Source: Candidatus Caldarchaeum sp. (GTDB lineage Archaea > Thermoproteota > Nitrososphaeria_A > Caldarchaeales > Caldarchaeaceae). Taken from it: a DNA stretch of 64,000 bases. Shown here piece by piece: positions 1 to 9,446 of the stretch (the first letter of the stretch is position 1; the number at the start of each line of letters is the position of its first letter). The notes beneath the pieces were generated by a model. The model saw only the letters and a program-made list of their open reading frames with translations, did not search any database and was not told the DNA's origin. Made by a program: the position numbers and the translations under genes. Location of the stretch: positions 74,709 through 138,708 of the forward strand of contig JAWAFZ010000001.1 in NCBI GenBank assembly GCA_038890155.1, given 5' to 3'.

Positions 1-306
1 TTGCGACTGGCGTCGGTTGCATGTTGACTACTTGGACGTCCTCGACCGTCTTCCTCTTGACGAAAAGCCCGCACCTGCCGTCGGGCAGAAGCTTCATCTG
101 GTTGCACTGGGCGTAGGGACACTGGTATCCTATGCAGGGAGCGTCAACCCAGTTGCACCACGGCGGGTCTCTCCTGTAGTCGAGGACTTTTTTAGCGCAC
201 CTGAAAAACCTGCAAAGCGGGTTGCATATCGGTGTCGGGTCTTTGCTCAAGGTCCAGTTAGCCAATTCTGAACCCCACTTTACCACTTGTCCAGCGTGGT
301 TTTATA

Positions 307-2004
307 TTAACGTTGCCTAGCTAGCCGCAGCCTGTAAACCAACGCCAGAGACAAGGCAGCGAGGACGGCCGTCAATAAGGCAGAGACAACGACGTCCACA
401 GCAACCAACCCCCCTCCTACGTAGACATAAGCCAAAAGCCTAACGTCCACACTCCCGGAGCCAGCCGCCAAAACCCTTTCCCTCGCCAGGAGCTCCGCAC
501 CCCTGTAAACGTCGACCGTCAGCGTCGACGGTTTCTCGACCACCAGGCTTATGGGCTGGCTCGTCGTCAGTCTGTCGACGACGATGTCGTCGTCGAGCTT
601 AACCACAACCCTAAGGCCTTCGGCGTATCCTCCTAGGGCGTCGACTACTCTCACAGACATGGGGAAGTTGACGTTGGGCAGCCTGATGGTGAAAGGTTCT
701 CCGGACAGTTCAACGGCTCGTTTGAAGACTTCTCTCTGCAGGTATGTTATCTGGATTTCGTTGGAGCCTGGGAAGATGTTTAGAAAGCTTGCTCCGTTGG
801 CTGTTGTTGCGTTCGCTGACCGGCCTGTCTGCGGGTCTGTGATCGTCACAACGGCTCCTGACAACGGTCTTCCTCCGGCGTCGTAGACGTTTACAGCGAT
901 TTGTTGAAACCTCAGATAAACCTCTTTAACGGTTTCACGCTGGTCAACCACAACACTTTCGACCTGAATCCTTGTCCTCCCCCTGAAAAGAGACAAGTTG
1001 TACTCGCCCGTCCTTGATGAAAGCGGAAGGAAGCCAAAGTCGTACAGACCGTTTTCGTTAGTGACGCCGCTCGTGAAGTTTCCAAGCTCCTTAGTGCCGA
1101 TGAGCATGCCAACGCCTCTCACAGGTTTTCCCTCAGGGTCGAGAACCTTGACTGTAAGCTTGCCTACGTCGGCGTTGAGAAATATGCTGGCGTCAGACTG
1201 GAGCGTGAGGAAGGATGAATGGACGACTACGTTTCTAGCCCCAAGCCTGATAGACAAAGAGGCGTTGTATGCTCCTACTTCCGTGGAGGTCGGCAGCTGT
1301 CTGACAGAAGCAACACCACGCGATACCGACAGGGATTGGCTGAAGTTTCCAGCGCGTAGAACAAGCTCAGCGTCGACCGGCGCCTCCTGCCCGTCTCGAA
1401 ACACGACCGTGAAGTTAACGTTAACTAGACCCGCTATTACTTCGCGAAACACTCTTCCAGCCGAAACCTCGACACTGCTCCGCGCAACGACTGCTCCCTC
1501 TTTCGAAACTCGGAGAGAATATGCTCCCCCGATCCGGCTGAGAGTGGAATAGGGGACGTCGGAGAAGAAAGCGTGCCCGGTTGCGTTTGTTCGCTGAGAT
1601 ACGGAGACTGCGCCGGTGGGGGCGTTCAGCGTGACGAAGACGTTCTCCACGGCTCTGCCAGCTAAATCAGATACTTTAACGGATAGACGGCTGACGGGGG
1701 CCTGCAGCTCCATGAACGTAGTTTCGGGATACCTTATACTCGTCCTCAAAAGCTCGATGTTCTGCAGCAGTAGAACAAGCTCGTAAGAGCCTGGGACAAT
1801 TTGCCGGAATACAGCGATCCCGGAGGCGTTGGTTGAAGAAGTCTCCCTAAAGCCAGGGCCCTCCACGACAACTGTGAGGCCTGGCTTGGGTAGTCCGTCT
1901 GGGTCCACGACTCGGACGGTTAGTGTCTGAGTCTGTTCCTGAGCATGCGCCGCCTGGATGAACGCCAGCATCAGTATAGTTAGTGTTAAAGCCGTCGCCT
2001 TCAT
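307..2004 (-). CDS. Secreted cell-surface protein with repeated carboxypeptidase-regulatory-like (CarboxypepD_reg/Ig-like) beta-sandwich domains and C-terminal TM anchor
   Basis: N-terminal signal peptide (MKATALTLTILMLAFIQAAHA). At least three repeats of the type VRVVDPDGLPKPG / VKVLDPEGKPVRG / VNVYDAGGRPLSGAVVTI. Ser/Thr/Asn-rich. Hydrophobic C-terminal helix followed by RLRLARQR. Confidence 0.6.
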   Translation of the reverse strand: MKATALTLTILMLAFIQAAHAQEQTQTLTVRVVDPDGLPKPGLTVVVEGPGFRETSSTNASGIAVFRQIVPGSYELVLLLQNIELLRTSIRYPETTFMELQAPVSRLSVKVSDLAGRAVENVFVTLNAPTGAVSVSQRTNATGHAFFSDVPYSTLSRIGGAYSLRVSKEGAVVARSSVEVSAGRVFREVIAGLVNVNFTVVFRDGQEAPVDAELVLRAGNFSQSLSVSRGVASVRQLPTSTEVGAYNASLSIRLGARNVVVHSSFLTLQSDASIFLNADVGKLTVKVLDPEGKPVRGVGMLIGTKELGNFTSGVTNENGLYDFGFLPLSSRTGEYNLSLFRGRTRIQVESVVVDQRETVKEVYLRFQQIAVNVYDAGGRPLSGAVVTITDPQTGRSANATTANGASFLNIFPGSNEIQITYLQREVFKRAVELSGEPFTIRLPNVNFPMSVRVVDALGGYAEGLRVVVKLDDDIVVDRLTTSQPISLVVEKPSTLTVDVYRGAELLARERVLAAGSGSVDVRLLAYVYVGGGLVAVDVVVSALLTAVLAALSLALVYRLRLARQR

Positions 2005-2031
2005 CTTTATACCCGCTAAGCTCGCTGCGTT

Positions 2032-2472
2032 TTAAATATGTATGTGCGTCTGGCTCCTTAGGAAAGAGTCGGCTTGAAGCAGCGTGTCCTTGGCTGTTTT
2101 GAAAGTAAGCCTCTCGACCGCCTTGCCGACCGGAAGCCATGTGAAGTCTAGGTGTTCGGGTGAAAGGACGATGGCTTTTGTGAAGGCTCTGCCCAGGTAG
2201 AAGACGACCTCTTTCCTTACGAGCCTCCCCTCCTTCATGAACATGTAGTTGATTGTTTTCCTGAAGCCTTGGATTATCTCGATCCGGTCGAGGCCCGTCT
2301 CCTCCCTCACCTCTCTCAGCACGGCGTCCATCTCCAACTCGTCCTTCTCTATGTGTCCCTTGGGAAAATCCCAGTGCCCCGCCCCGTACTTGAGCAGCAG
2401 GTACTCCACCCCTGCGTCCTCCGCGTAGAAGACCACGGCCCCCGCCGACCTCTCGTCGACTCTTCTCTTCAA
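2032..2472 (-). CDS. NUDIX hydrolase
   Basis: Nudix box GHIEKDELEMDAVLREVREETGL (GX5EX7REUXEEXGU), about 146 aa. Confidence 0.8.
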   Translation of the reverse strand: MKRRVDERSAGAVVFYAEDAGVEYLLLKYGAGHWDFPKGHIEKDELEMDAVLREVREETGLDRIEIIQGFRKTINYMFMKEGRLVRKEVVFYLGRAFTKAIVLSPEHLDFTWLPVGKAVERLTFKTAKDTLLQADSFLRSQTHIHI

Positions 2473-2501
2473 CCCGTCATTTTTTTAACCTACGTAGATA
2501 T

Positions 2502-3410
2502 ATGCTTAAATTTTATATTGACACGACTTGGCCGATGCAGACCCTCCAGAAACCCTCATGGGTCAAGACTACGATACCCGGGCACGGACAGTATTCAGAG
2601 GTCAAGAAGGTCTTGAGGAGGCATATGCTACATACTGTCTGCGAAGAGGCCCTATGCCCCAACCTCGGCGAATGCTGGGGCGGCGGAACGGCTACCGTGA
2701 TGATACTCGGAGACATCTGCAGCAGGAGCTGCAGGTTTTGCGCAGTAAAGTCCGGCAACCCATACGGTTTTGTCGACACGAACGAGCCTTACAACGTTGC
2801 TAGGGCTGTCGACGAGCTCGGGCTGAAGTATGTTGTGCTTACCTCGGTCTGCCGGGACGACCTCCCAGACGGTGGCGCGTCGGTCTATGCTGAAACCGTG
2901 AGGGCGATTAAGAAAGTCAACAGCAAGATACTGGTCGAAGTTCTTATACCCGACTTCCGAGCGGACCGACGCTGTATCGAGATGGTTGTGGAGTCGAGAC
3001 CCGACGTGGTGGCTCACAACGTCGAGACAGTGAGAAGGCTAAGCCCCTTCGTCAGAGACGCCAGGGCTTCTTTTGACCAGTCTCTCCAAGTGCTCAAGAC
3101 CGTCAAGCAGGTTGATGGGAGCATGTATACGAAATCCTCGATAATGGTGGGTCTTGGCGAGACCGTCGATGAGGTTTTGGAAGCCATGAGGGAGCTGCGT
3201 GCGGCGGGAGTTGATTTTATCACGGTGGGACAGTACCTACGCCCTACCATGAAACACCTGCCTGTGAAGGAATACGTGCATCCATCTGTCTTCGACCACT
3301 ACAGAACCGAGGCGTTGAAGATGGGGTTCAAGTATGCTGCGTGCGGGCCTCTGGTCCGCAGCTCGTACAGGGCCGGTGAATTCTACATAAGCTCCATGCT
3401 GGAGAGGTGA
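2502..3410 (+). CDS. lipA: Lipoyl synthase LipA
   Basis: Auxiliary-cluster motif [12 protein letters not shown] (CX4CX5C) and radical-SAM motif CSRSCRFC (CX3CX2C). N-terminal KPSWVK. Alternative ATG at 2535, about 20 nt downstream of the TATA-like tttatat at 2511-2518. Confidence 0.9.
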   Translation: MLKFYIDTTWPMQTLQKPSWVKTTIPGHGQYSEVKKVLRRHMLHTVCEEALCPNLGECWGGGTATVMILGDICSRSCRFCAVKSGNPYGFVDTNEPYNVARAVDELGLKYVVLTSVCRDDLPDGGASVYAETVRAIKKVNSKILVEVLIPDFRADRRCIEMVVESRPDVVAHNVETVRRLSPFVRDARASFDQSLQVLKTVKQVDGSMYTKSSIMVGLGETVDEVLEAMRELRAAGVDFITVGQYLRPTMKHLPVKEYVHPSVFDHYRTEALKMGFKYAACGPLVRSSYRAGEFYISSMLER

Positions 3411-3414
3411 TGTC

Positions 3415-4389
3415 GTGCCTCTGCTTAACATGGCTCAGGCTCTAAACATGGCTTTGAGGGAGGAGATGCAGAGGGATGAGAGGGTTGTCGTGTTGGGGGA
3501 GGATGTTGGAAGACGGGGCGGCGTCTTCCTGATAACGGATGGGCTTTACGAGTTGTTCGGGCCTGAAAGAGTCATCGACACACCTCTGTCGGAGGCCGCC
3601 ATAATCGGCGTGGCGGCTGGACTAGCCATGAACGGGTTAAGGCCAGTCGCCGAGATCCAGTTTGCAGACTTTATCTTCGGAGGGTTCGACCAGATCGTTT
3701 CGAACGTTGCCAAGATCAGGTACAGGACAGGGGGGCAGTTCTCGGTTCCGATGGTTGTAAGGGCGCCCGTCGGAGGAGGCGTCAAAGGAGGTATGTTCCA
3801 CAGCCAGAGCCCCGAAGCCTACTTCGTCCACACACCCGGGCTGAAGGTAGTTGTGCCTTCAACTCCGTACGATGCGAAAGGATTGCTGTTGTCCTCGATA
3901 AGAGACGAAGACCCGGTTATCTTCTTCGAGCCTAAGAAAATATACAGAACTTTCAGGGAGGAGGTTCCCGAGGGTGATTACACGGTTCCGTTGGGCAAGG
4001 CTAGAGTGGCTAAAGAGGGCCATGACGTCTCCCTGATAACTTACGCAGCACCCGTGCACGACTGCTTGAGCGTGGCTGAGAAGGCGAAAAAGGAGGGGAT
4101 TGACTGCGAAGTCGTTGACCTGCGGACTCTCCTGCCTTTCGACAAGGACGCTGTCGAACAGACCGTCAAAAAGACTGGAAGACCCGTCATAGTACACGAG
4201 GCCCCCAAGACAGGCGGGTTCGGGGCAGAGATAGCCGCCTTCATAGCCGAGAGGCTTCTGCTCGACCTCGAAGCTCCGGTCCTGAGGGTGGCCGGTTTCG
4301 ACACACCATTCCCGTTCGCCAACGAGCATTACTACCTTCCGAACGAGGACAGAATACTCAGGGCTGTCAGGAGGTCGGCTTCTTTCTAG
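3415..4389 (+). CDS. 2-oxoacid (pyruvate/branched-chain) dehydrogenase E1 component beta subunit
   Basis: Transketolase-like pyrimidine-binding and C-terminal domains; typical E1-beta N-terminus ([12 protein letters not shown]) and length (324 aa). Confidence 0.85.
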   Translation: MPLLNMAQALNMALREEMQRDERVVVLGEDVGRRGGVFLITDGLYELFGPERVIDTPLSEAAIIGVAAGLAMNGLRPVAEIQFADFIFGGFDQIVSNVAKIRYRTGGQFSVPMVVRAPVGGGVKGGMFHSQSPEAYFVHTPGLKVVVPSTPYDAKGLLLSSIRDEDPVIFFEPKKIYRTFREEVPEGDYTVPLGKARVAKEGHDVSLITYAAPVHDCLSVAEKAKKEGIDCEVVDLRTLLPFDKDAVEQTVKKTGRPVIVHEAPKTGGFGAEIAAFIAERLLLDLEAPVLRVAGFDTPFPFANEHYYLPNEDRILRAVRRSASF

Positions 4390-4394
4390 GGTGG

Positions 4395-5756
4395 TTGTGG
4401 ATGAAGCTTGACGCAGTCGTGGTCGGAGGCGGTCCAGGCGGCTACGTCTCAGCTATTAGGCTGTCGCAGCTCGGGTTGAGGGCTGCGTTGGTTGAGAAGG
4501 AGGAGCTTGGAGGCGAGTGCACCAACTACGGATGCATACCCAGCAAGCACCTAATTACCCTCGCGAAGAAGCTCTGGGCCGTCCGTGAGCTGTCGGGTAA
4601 GAAACTGGTCGAGGCCAGCTACTCAGTGGACATGGCCGCCGTTGTCCAAGAGACAAGGTCCGTGGTCTCGAGGCTCAGGCAGGGGATTGGCTTTCTGCTC
4701 AAGTCGTACGGCGTCAGCGTCTACAAGGGAGTTGCCGAGGTCCCGGAGCCGGGCCTCGTCAAAGTCTCGACGAGCGAGGGTGAAAAGCTTCTGGAGACCA
4801 GAAACGTAGTCGTCGCTGCTGGAACCGAGCCGGCGTCCCTGTCCTCCATTCCTTTCGACGGCCGTCGAATCATCGACTACAAGAGGGCCTTGTTTCTCGG
4901 GGAGGTTCCGAGGAGGCTTCTCGTCGTCGGCGGAGGGGCTGTGGGGCTTGAGCTGGGGACGGTCTACGCTCATCTAGGCTCAGAGGTTGTGGTTGCGGAG
5001 TTCACGGACCAGCTTTTGCCGGGCTTCGACGCTGACGCAGCCAGAGCACTCAGGAGAAGCCTCGAGAGGATGGGTGTGAGGGTTTTGCTCAAGACGACGG
5101 TGGATTCTTACAGGTACGTCGACCGCGGTGTGGAAGTTTCTCTAACCAACGGAGAAGCCGAGACCTATGACTACGTGCTCGTGGCTGTGGGTAAGAAGCC
5201 TACAGAATGGGCGAGGCGTTTGAAAGAGGTGGGGGTCGAGCATGACGGCAAGGGGTACGTGAAAACGGACGACCGGATGAGGACGAGCGTCGAAGGCATC
5301 TACGCGGTTGGCGACGTTGCAGGCCCTCCCTTCCTAGCTCATAAGGCTCAGCGGCAGGGAATAGTGGCGGCAGAATCGATCGCAGGACTGGATACATGCT
5401 TTGACAACGTAATTCCGTTCGGAGTCTTCACAACCCCCGAAGTGGCCTCAGTCGGACTAACTGACCAAGGGCTGAGAAGCGCCCGCTTCCCGTACAGCGC
5501 TCTGGGAAGAGCAGTGGCCGACGGAGAGGACGGGTTCGTAAAGCTGTTCGAAGACGGCGAGGGATGTTTGGCGGGAGCCGTAGTGGTGGGGCCTCATGCA
5601 ACAGACGTGGTGTCTGCGATAACGCCTTACGTGGCCATGCACGCCAAGGTAGAGCAGGCCGCTGAAGCCGTCCAGATTCATCCAACCTACTCCGAGGCCG
5701 TAGGAGAAGCGCTGCACATCCTCCTCAGGAAGCCGGTCCACTATGTCGTCAAATAA
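4395..5756 (+). CDS. lpdA: Dihydrolipoamide dehydrogenase (E3)
   Basis: FAD fingerprint VVVGGGPGGY, redox-active disulfide CTNYGCIPSK, NAD-binding GGGAVGLE, 453 aa. Confidence 0.9.
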   Translation: MWMKLDAVVVGGGPGGYVSAIRLSQLGLRAALVEKEELGGECTNYGCIPSKHLITLAKKLWAVRELSGKKLVEASYSVDMAAVVQETRSVVSRLRQGIGFLLKSYGVSVYKGVAEVPEPGLVKVSTSEGEKLLETRNVVVAAGTEPASLSSIPFDGRRIIDYKRALFLGEVPRRLLVVGGGAVGLELGTVYAHLGSEVVVAEFTDQLLPGFDADAARALRRSLERMGVRVLLKTTVDSYRYVDRGVEVSLTNGEAETYDYVLVAVGKKPTEWARRLKEVGVEHDGKGYVKTDDRMRTSVEGIYAVGDVAGPPFLAHKAQRQGIVAAESIAGLDTCFDNVIPFGVFTTPEVASVGLTDQGLRSARFPYSALGRAVADGEDGFVKLFEDGEGCLAGAVVVGPHATDVVSAITPYVAMHAKVEQAAEAVQIHPTYSEAVGEALHILLRKPVHYVVK

Positions 5757-6405
5757 GCTGGTTTTCATAGACCTCGGTCTAGCCGATTATCTGGAGACGC
5801 ACAAGCTTATGCTGCGCCTCGTCGAGAGAAGGTCGGCGGGCGAGATACCCGACACCGTTCTCCTTCTCGAGCATCACGACGTCTACACTCTTGGCAGGAG
5901 AGGGCTTGAGGAAAACGTGCTCGACAGGTCTCTACCGGTCTACAGGGTTGAGAGAGGGGGGGACGCAACCTACCACGGCCCCGGCCAGCTCGTCGTCTAC
6001 CCTATAATCAGCCTTCATGAAAACCGTCTTGGAGTGGGCGACCTCGTTAAGCTGCTAGAGGAAGCAGTCATCATGCTGCTGAAGGAGTACGGCGTGTCAG
6101 CTGGGAGGGTTCAAGGCAAGCCGGGCGTATGGGTCGGGGGCAGGAAGATAGCATCCATAGGTATGGCGCTGAAGAACTGGGTCGCGTACCACGGACTAGC
6201 CCTCAACATAAACACCGACCTAGCCAAGTTCAGGGGAATAAGGCCCTGCGGGATGGACAGCGAGACGATGACTTCGCTCCAAGCACTAACAGGCCGGAGC
6301 GTCGACATGGCTGAGGCCAAGCGGAAGTTTATACGGGCCTTCTCAACCCTGGCCGCCAAGACTCCGCTGGTTGTTGAGGACTTGGGCGGTCTCGTGGGTA
6401 TTTAA
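5743..6405 (+). CDS. lipB: Octanoyltransferase LipB (lipoyl(octanoyl) transferase)
   Basis: LipB signature RGGDATYHGPGQLVVYPII and a conserved catalytic Cys/Lys region; 220 aa; overlaps the lpd stop. Confidence 0.8.
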   Translation: MSSNKLVFIDLGLADYLETHKLMLRLVERRSAGEIPDTVLLLEHHDVYTLGRRGLEENVLDRSLPVYRVERGGDATYHGPGQLVVYPIISLHENRLGVGDLVKLLEEAVIMLLKEYGVSAGRVQGKPGVWVGGRKIASIGMALKNWVAYHGLALNINTDLAKFRGIRPCGMDSETMTSLQALTGRSVDMAEAKRKFIRAFSTLAAKTPLVVEDLGGLVGI

Positions 6406-6438
6406 ATCCTTATAAAGTATTTAAACAGCATAAAACCC

Positions 6439-7002
6439 GTGGCGAAAGGCCCCCCACCAAAGGTCGAGATACAGAATGTTGTGTCGAGCGTCACGCTCTT
6501 CCAGAGGCTGGACCTTGCGCAGGTTCAAAGAACCTTCCCCGACGTCGAGTACAAGCCTGCTCAGTTCCCAGGGCTCGTCTTCAGGCTTGCCAAGCCCAAG
6601 ACCGCTACTCTCATCTTCAGCAGCGGCAAGATGGTCTGCACGGGTGCGAAAAGCGAGGAGGAGTCGATAAGGGCTGTCAAGACAGTCGTGAAGGCTTTGA
6701 AGAAGGAGGGTTTCCTCATCAAGGAGGAGCCTCAGATCGAGATCCAGAACATAGTCGCCTCCATCGACCTCCACGGGAGGATCGACTTGGAGAAGGCTGC
6801 CGAGACTCTGGAGAACGTTATGTATGAGCCGGAGCAGTTTCCGGGCCTGATATACAGGATGGTTAGCCCGAAGGTAGTGATTTTGATGTTTGCAAGCGGT
6901 AAGCTTGTTTGCACCGGGGCTAAGTACGAGAAAGATGTCTACGATGCTGTGAGCAGGCTTCAGGAGCTTCTAGAGGAGAAGCAGCTTATAACCTACAGCT
7001 AG
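6439..7002 (+). CDS. tbp: TATA-box binding protein
   Basis: Two TBP repeats (IQNVVSSV..., IQNIVASIDL..., FPGLIYRM, KLVCTGAK). GTG start immediately downstream of AT-rich TATA elements at 6400-6436. Confidence 0.9.
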   Translation: MAKGPPPKVEIQNVVSSVTLFQRLDLAQVQRTFPDVEYKPAQFPGLVFRLAKPKTATLIFSSGKMVCTGAKSEEESIRAVKTVVKALKKEGFLIKEEPQIEIQNIVASIDLHGRIDLEKAAETLENVMYEPEQFPGLIYRMVSPKVVILMFASGKLVCTGAKYEKDVYDAVSRLQELLEEKQLITYS

Positions 7003-7796
7003 ACAGGGAAATATCTTCCGAGAAACGGCATCATCTTCACGGGCTCAAGCCCGAACAACTTGACCGACACGGCGGTCGTGAATAATGCTGCGACAACGAG
7101 CAGGAAGAAGGCGTCAGCCCGCTTCATCTTCAGCACACGGAGGCTTGTCCTCTTCTTGGCGGCGCCGAAACACTTAACCTCCATCGCCTCCGCCAAGTCG
7201 TAGGACCTTCTTATCACGTTGACAAGAAGCGGCACCAATATGGGTATCATGTTTCTTATCCTCTTCATGAAAGGTCCTTTGTCGATCTCCAGCCCCCTAG
7301 CCCTCTGAGCGTCCATGACGTTCCGGAGCTCCTCAGCCATCACCGGCGTGAACCTTATGGCGGAGACGAAGGCGAAAGTATACTCGTAAGGCATCCTCAT
7401 CTTCTGCAGCGTGAGCGCCATCTCGTCGGGGGTAGTTGTTAGGAAGAACAGGGAGAATGAGGAGAGGAAGACGACGAGCCTGAACGAGTAGGCTAGGGCG
7501 AACCCGGTGGAAACTAGGAGCGACGGCTCTCGTGAGTACTGGCTGATGAAAGAGATTATGAAGACGATGGCCGCCAGTGGTACTGCTCCCCTGAGTGTCT
7601 TCAGCCAGAGCCGGTGAACACGAGCCGAATGTATGAGCATAGCCTCGGCTCCGAGCAACGCAGCCACCAAAAAGATGTCTATGTGGATTACGGCGGTCGT
7701 CAGTATCATCAGCGATGTAAGCAGCTTCACCCTCGGGTCGAGCTTGTGGATGAAACTATCGCCCGGCCTGAACCTAAGCCCTTCAAAGATGCTCAT
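6999..7796 (-). CDS. ecfT: ECF transporter transmembrane (T) component EcfT/CbiQ family
   Basis: Polytopic membrane protein, about 265 aa, with the conserved ARG motif region (RARGLEIDKG); immediately downstream of two EcfA ATPases. Confidence 0.8.
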   Translation of the reverse strand: MSIFEGLRFRPGDSFIHKLDPRVKLLTSLMILTTAVIHIDIFLVAALLGAEAMLIHSARVHRLWLKTLRGAVPLAAIVFIISFISQYSREPSLLVSTGFALAYSFRLVVFLSSFSLFFLTTTPDEMALTLQKMRMPYEYTFAFVSAIRFTPVMAEELRNVMDAQRARGLEIDKGPFMKRIRNMIPILVPLLVNVIRRSYDLAEAMEVKCFGAAKKRTSLRVLKMKRADAFFLLVVAALFTTAVSVKLFGLEPVKMMPFLGRYFPV

Positions 7797-8632
7797 CTCC
7801 TAAACACCCTCAGAATGCTCTCGACAGCGTCCTCCACGTCCAGCACCCGGTAGTCAACGCCGAGGTCCTCCAGCCTCTTCAGCACCGCCACAACTTGTGG
7901 GGCTGTGAGCGATGCCTTCTCGATGAGGGAAAAGTCTGTGAGCACTTCGTCGCATGGCCCGTCGGCCAGAACCATTCCACGGGACAGAAGGACTACTCGA
8001 GGCTTCAGCTCGGCTACAAACTCTACGTCGTGGCTAGCCAAAACAACCGTCCTCCCCTGAGAGTTGAGCATCCTAATCATATGCATCATCTTCTCCTTCT
8101 GGAGGCTGTCCTGCCCGATCGTCGGTTCATCCAAGCACACCACCGGAGGGCCCCAGGCCATTATTATCGCCATGGCGAGGCGTTTCTTCTCCCCGCCGCT
8201 GAGGAGGAACGGCGACCTGTTCTCATAGTCTTCGAGCTCGAAAAACTTCAGCGCCCACTCGACTCTCCGCCTGATCTTCTCCTCGCTGAAACCGAAGTTC
8301 TTCAGGGCGAACGCCATCTCGTCGTAGACTGAGGATTCGAAGAACATGTCTTCAGCGTTTTGGAAAACAAGGCCGACCTTCATAGAGATCTGGGCGACTG
8401 AGGCTTTTGAAGTATCTACTCCCTCGACTAACACTCTGCCCTTGGATGGCTTGAGTAGGCCGTTCATGTGTTTGAGGAGAGTGGTTTTGCCGGAGCCGTT
8501 CTCACCCATCAAGGCTATCAGCTCCCCCTTCCTGAACTCGAGGTCTACGCCTCTCAACGCCTCGACCCCCGACGGATAAGTGTAGTGAACGCCCTCAAAA
8601 ACCACGGCCAATCCTACGCACCTCTTGTTCAA
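7793..8632 (-). CDS. ecfA: ECF transporter ATPase EcfA (A' component)
   Basis: Walker A GENGSGKTT, ABC signature LSGGEKKRLA, Walker B/D-loop VVCLDEPT; ATGA-type overlap with ecfT. Confidence 0.85.
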   Translation of the reverse strand: MNKRCVGLAVVFEGVHYTYPSGVEALRGVDLEFRKGELIALMGENGSGKTTLLKHMNGLLKPSKGRVLVEGVDTSKASVAQISMKVGLVFQNAEDMFFESSVYDEMAFALKNFGFSEEKIRRRVEWALKFFELEDYENRSPFLLSGGEKKRLAMAIIMAWGPPVVCLDEPTIGQDSLQKEKMMHMIRMLNSQGRTVVLASHDVEFVAELKPRVVLLSRGMVLADGPCDEVLTDFSLIEKASLTAPQVVAVLKRLEDLGVDYRVLDVEDAVESILRVFRR

Positions 8633-9443
8633 ACTCCTCAGGGCTGACGCAGACCTTGCTCCATTCAGTCAACGCCTTCTTCATCCCAGCGCTCAGCTTC
8701 ACAACCTTCGGGAAAGAAACGCCGTAGAGATGAGGGTTGTGCTGCATGAAGAATTGTCTAGGGGGGCCGTTGTACACAACCTGCCCGTTTGAGACAACCA
8801 GGATCCTGCTGGCCCTCGCCACAGCTAGGTCAACTCTGTGTTCTACCAGCAAAACAGTCAGCCCAAGCTTCTCACGGACGTAGTCAATCATTTTGAACAA
8901 ATTCGTCGCGGACAAGGGGTCGAGGTAAGACGTAGGCTCATCCATGACGATTATCTTGGGCTGCATCGCCAGCACCGAGGCGATGGCGACCCTTTGCTGC
9001 TGGCCGCCGGAGAGCTCGAACGGAGACCTATCCCTCAGGTCTTCTATCTTCATGATTTGGAGGACTTCGTCTACACGTTTTTTGATCTCGTCTCTTGGAA
9101 TCCCTAGGTTTTCGAGGGGGAAAGCTATGTCTGATTCGACGGATAGGGAGAAGAGCTGGTTGTGGGGGTTTTGGAAGACCATGCCGACGTGCTGAGAAAG
9201 GATGTGTATGGGGGTCTTGTCAGCCTCCAAGCCGTCGACGACCACCCTCCCCCGGTAATCACCTTCGTAAAACTGCGGCACAAGCCCGTTGAGGCAGCGG
9301 CACAGAGTGGACTTGCCTCCCCCGCTAGGCCCCGCAATCAGCACAAACTCGCCGGCCTCCACCTGCAGGCTTACGTCAGTTAACGCCGGCTTGGCTGCGC
9401 CCGCATAGGTGAATGAAAGGTTTTCCACTTCAACAACCTTCAT
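8595..9443 (-). CDS. ecfA: ECF transporter ATPase EcfA (A component)
   Basis: Walker A GPSGGGKST, signature LSGGQQQRVA, Walker B IIVMDEPT. Confidence 0.85.
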   Translation of the reverse strand: MKVVEVENLSFTYAGAAKPALTDVSLQVEAGEFVLIAGPSGGGKSTLCRCLNGLVPQFYEGDYRGRVVVDGLEADKTPIHILSQHVGMVFQNPHNQLFSLSVESDIAFPLENLGIPRDEIKKRVDEVLQIMKIEDLRDRSPFELSGGQQQRVAIASVLAMQPKIIVMDEPTSYLDPLSATNLFKMIDYVREKLGLTVLLVEHRVDLAVARASRILVVSNGQVVYNGPPRQFFMQHNPHLYGVSFPKVVKLSAGMKKALTEWSKVCVSPEEFEQEVRRIGRGF

Positions 9444-9446
9444 CTC

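Noticed and set aside
17-271. 84-aa plus-strand ORF at the window start
   Set aside because: It initiates at TTG, has low-complexity composition with no motifs, and lies in the 3' flank of the convergent surface-protein gene. Treated as non-coding.
551-1552. Several 60-190-aa ORFs (551-886+, 998-1552+, 912-1112-) inside the surface-protein gene
   Set aside because: They are antisense or alternate-frame to a 565-aa ORF with a clear signal peptide and domain repeats, and their composition is biased (Ser/Thr/Pro/Arg-rich) with no motifs.
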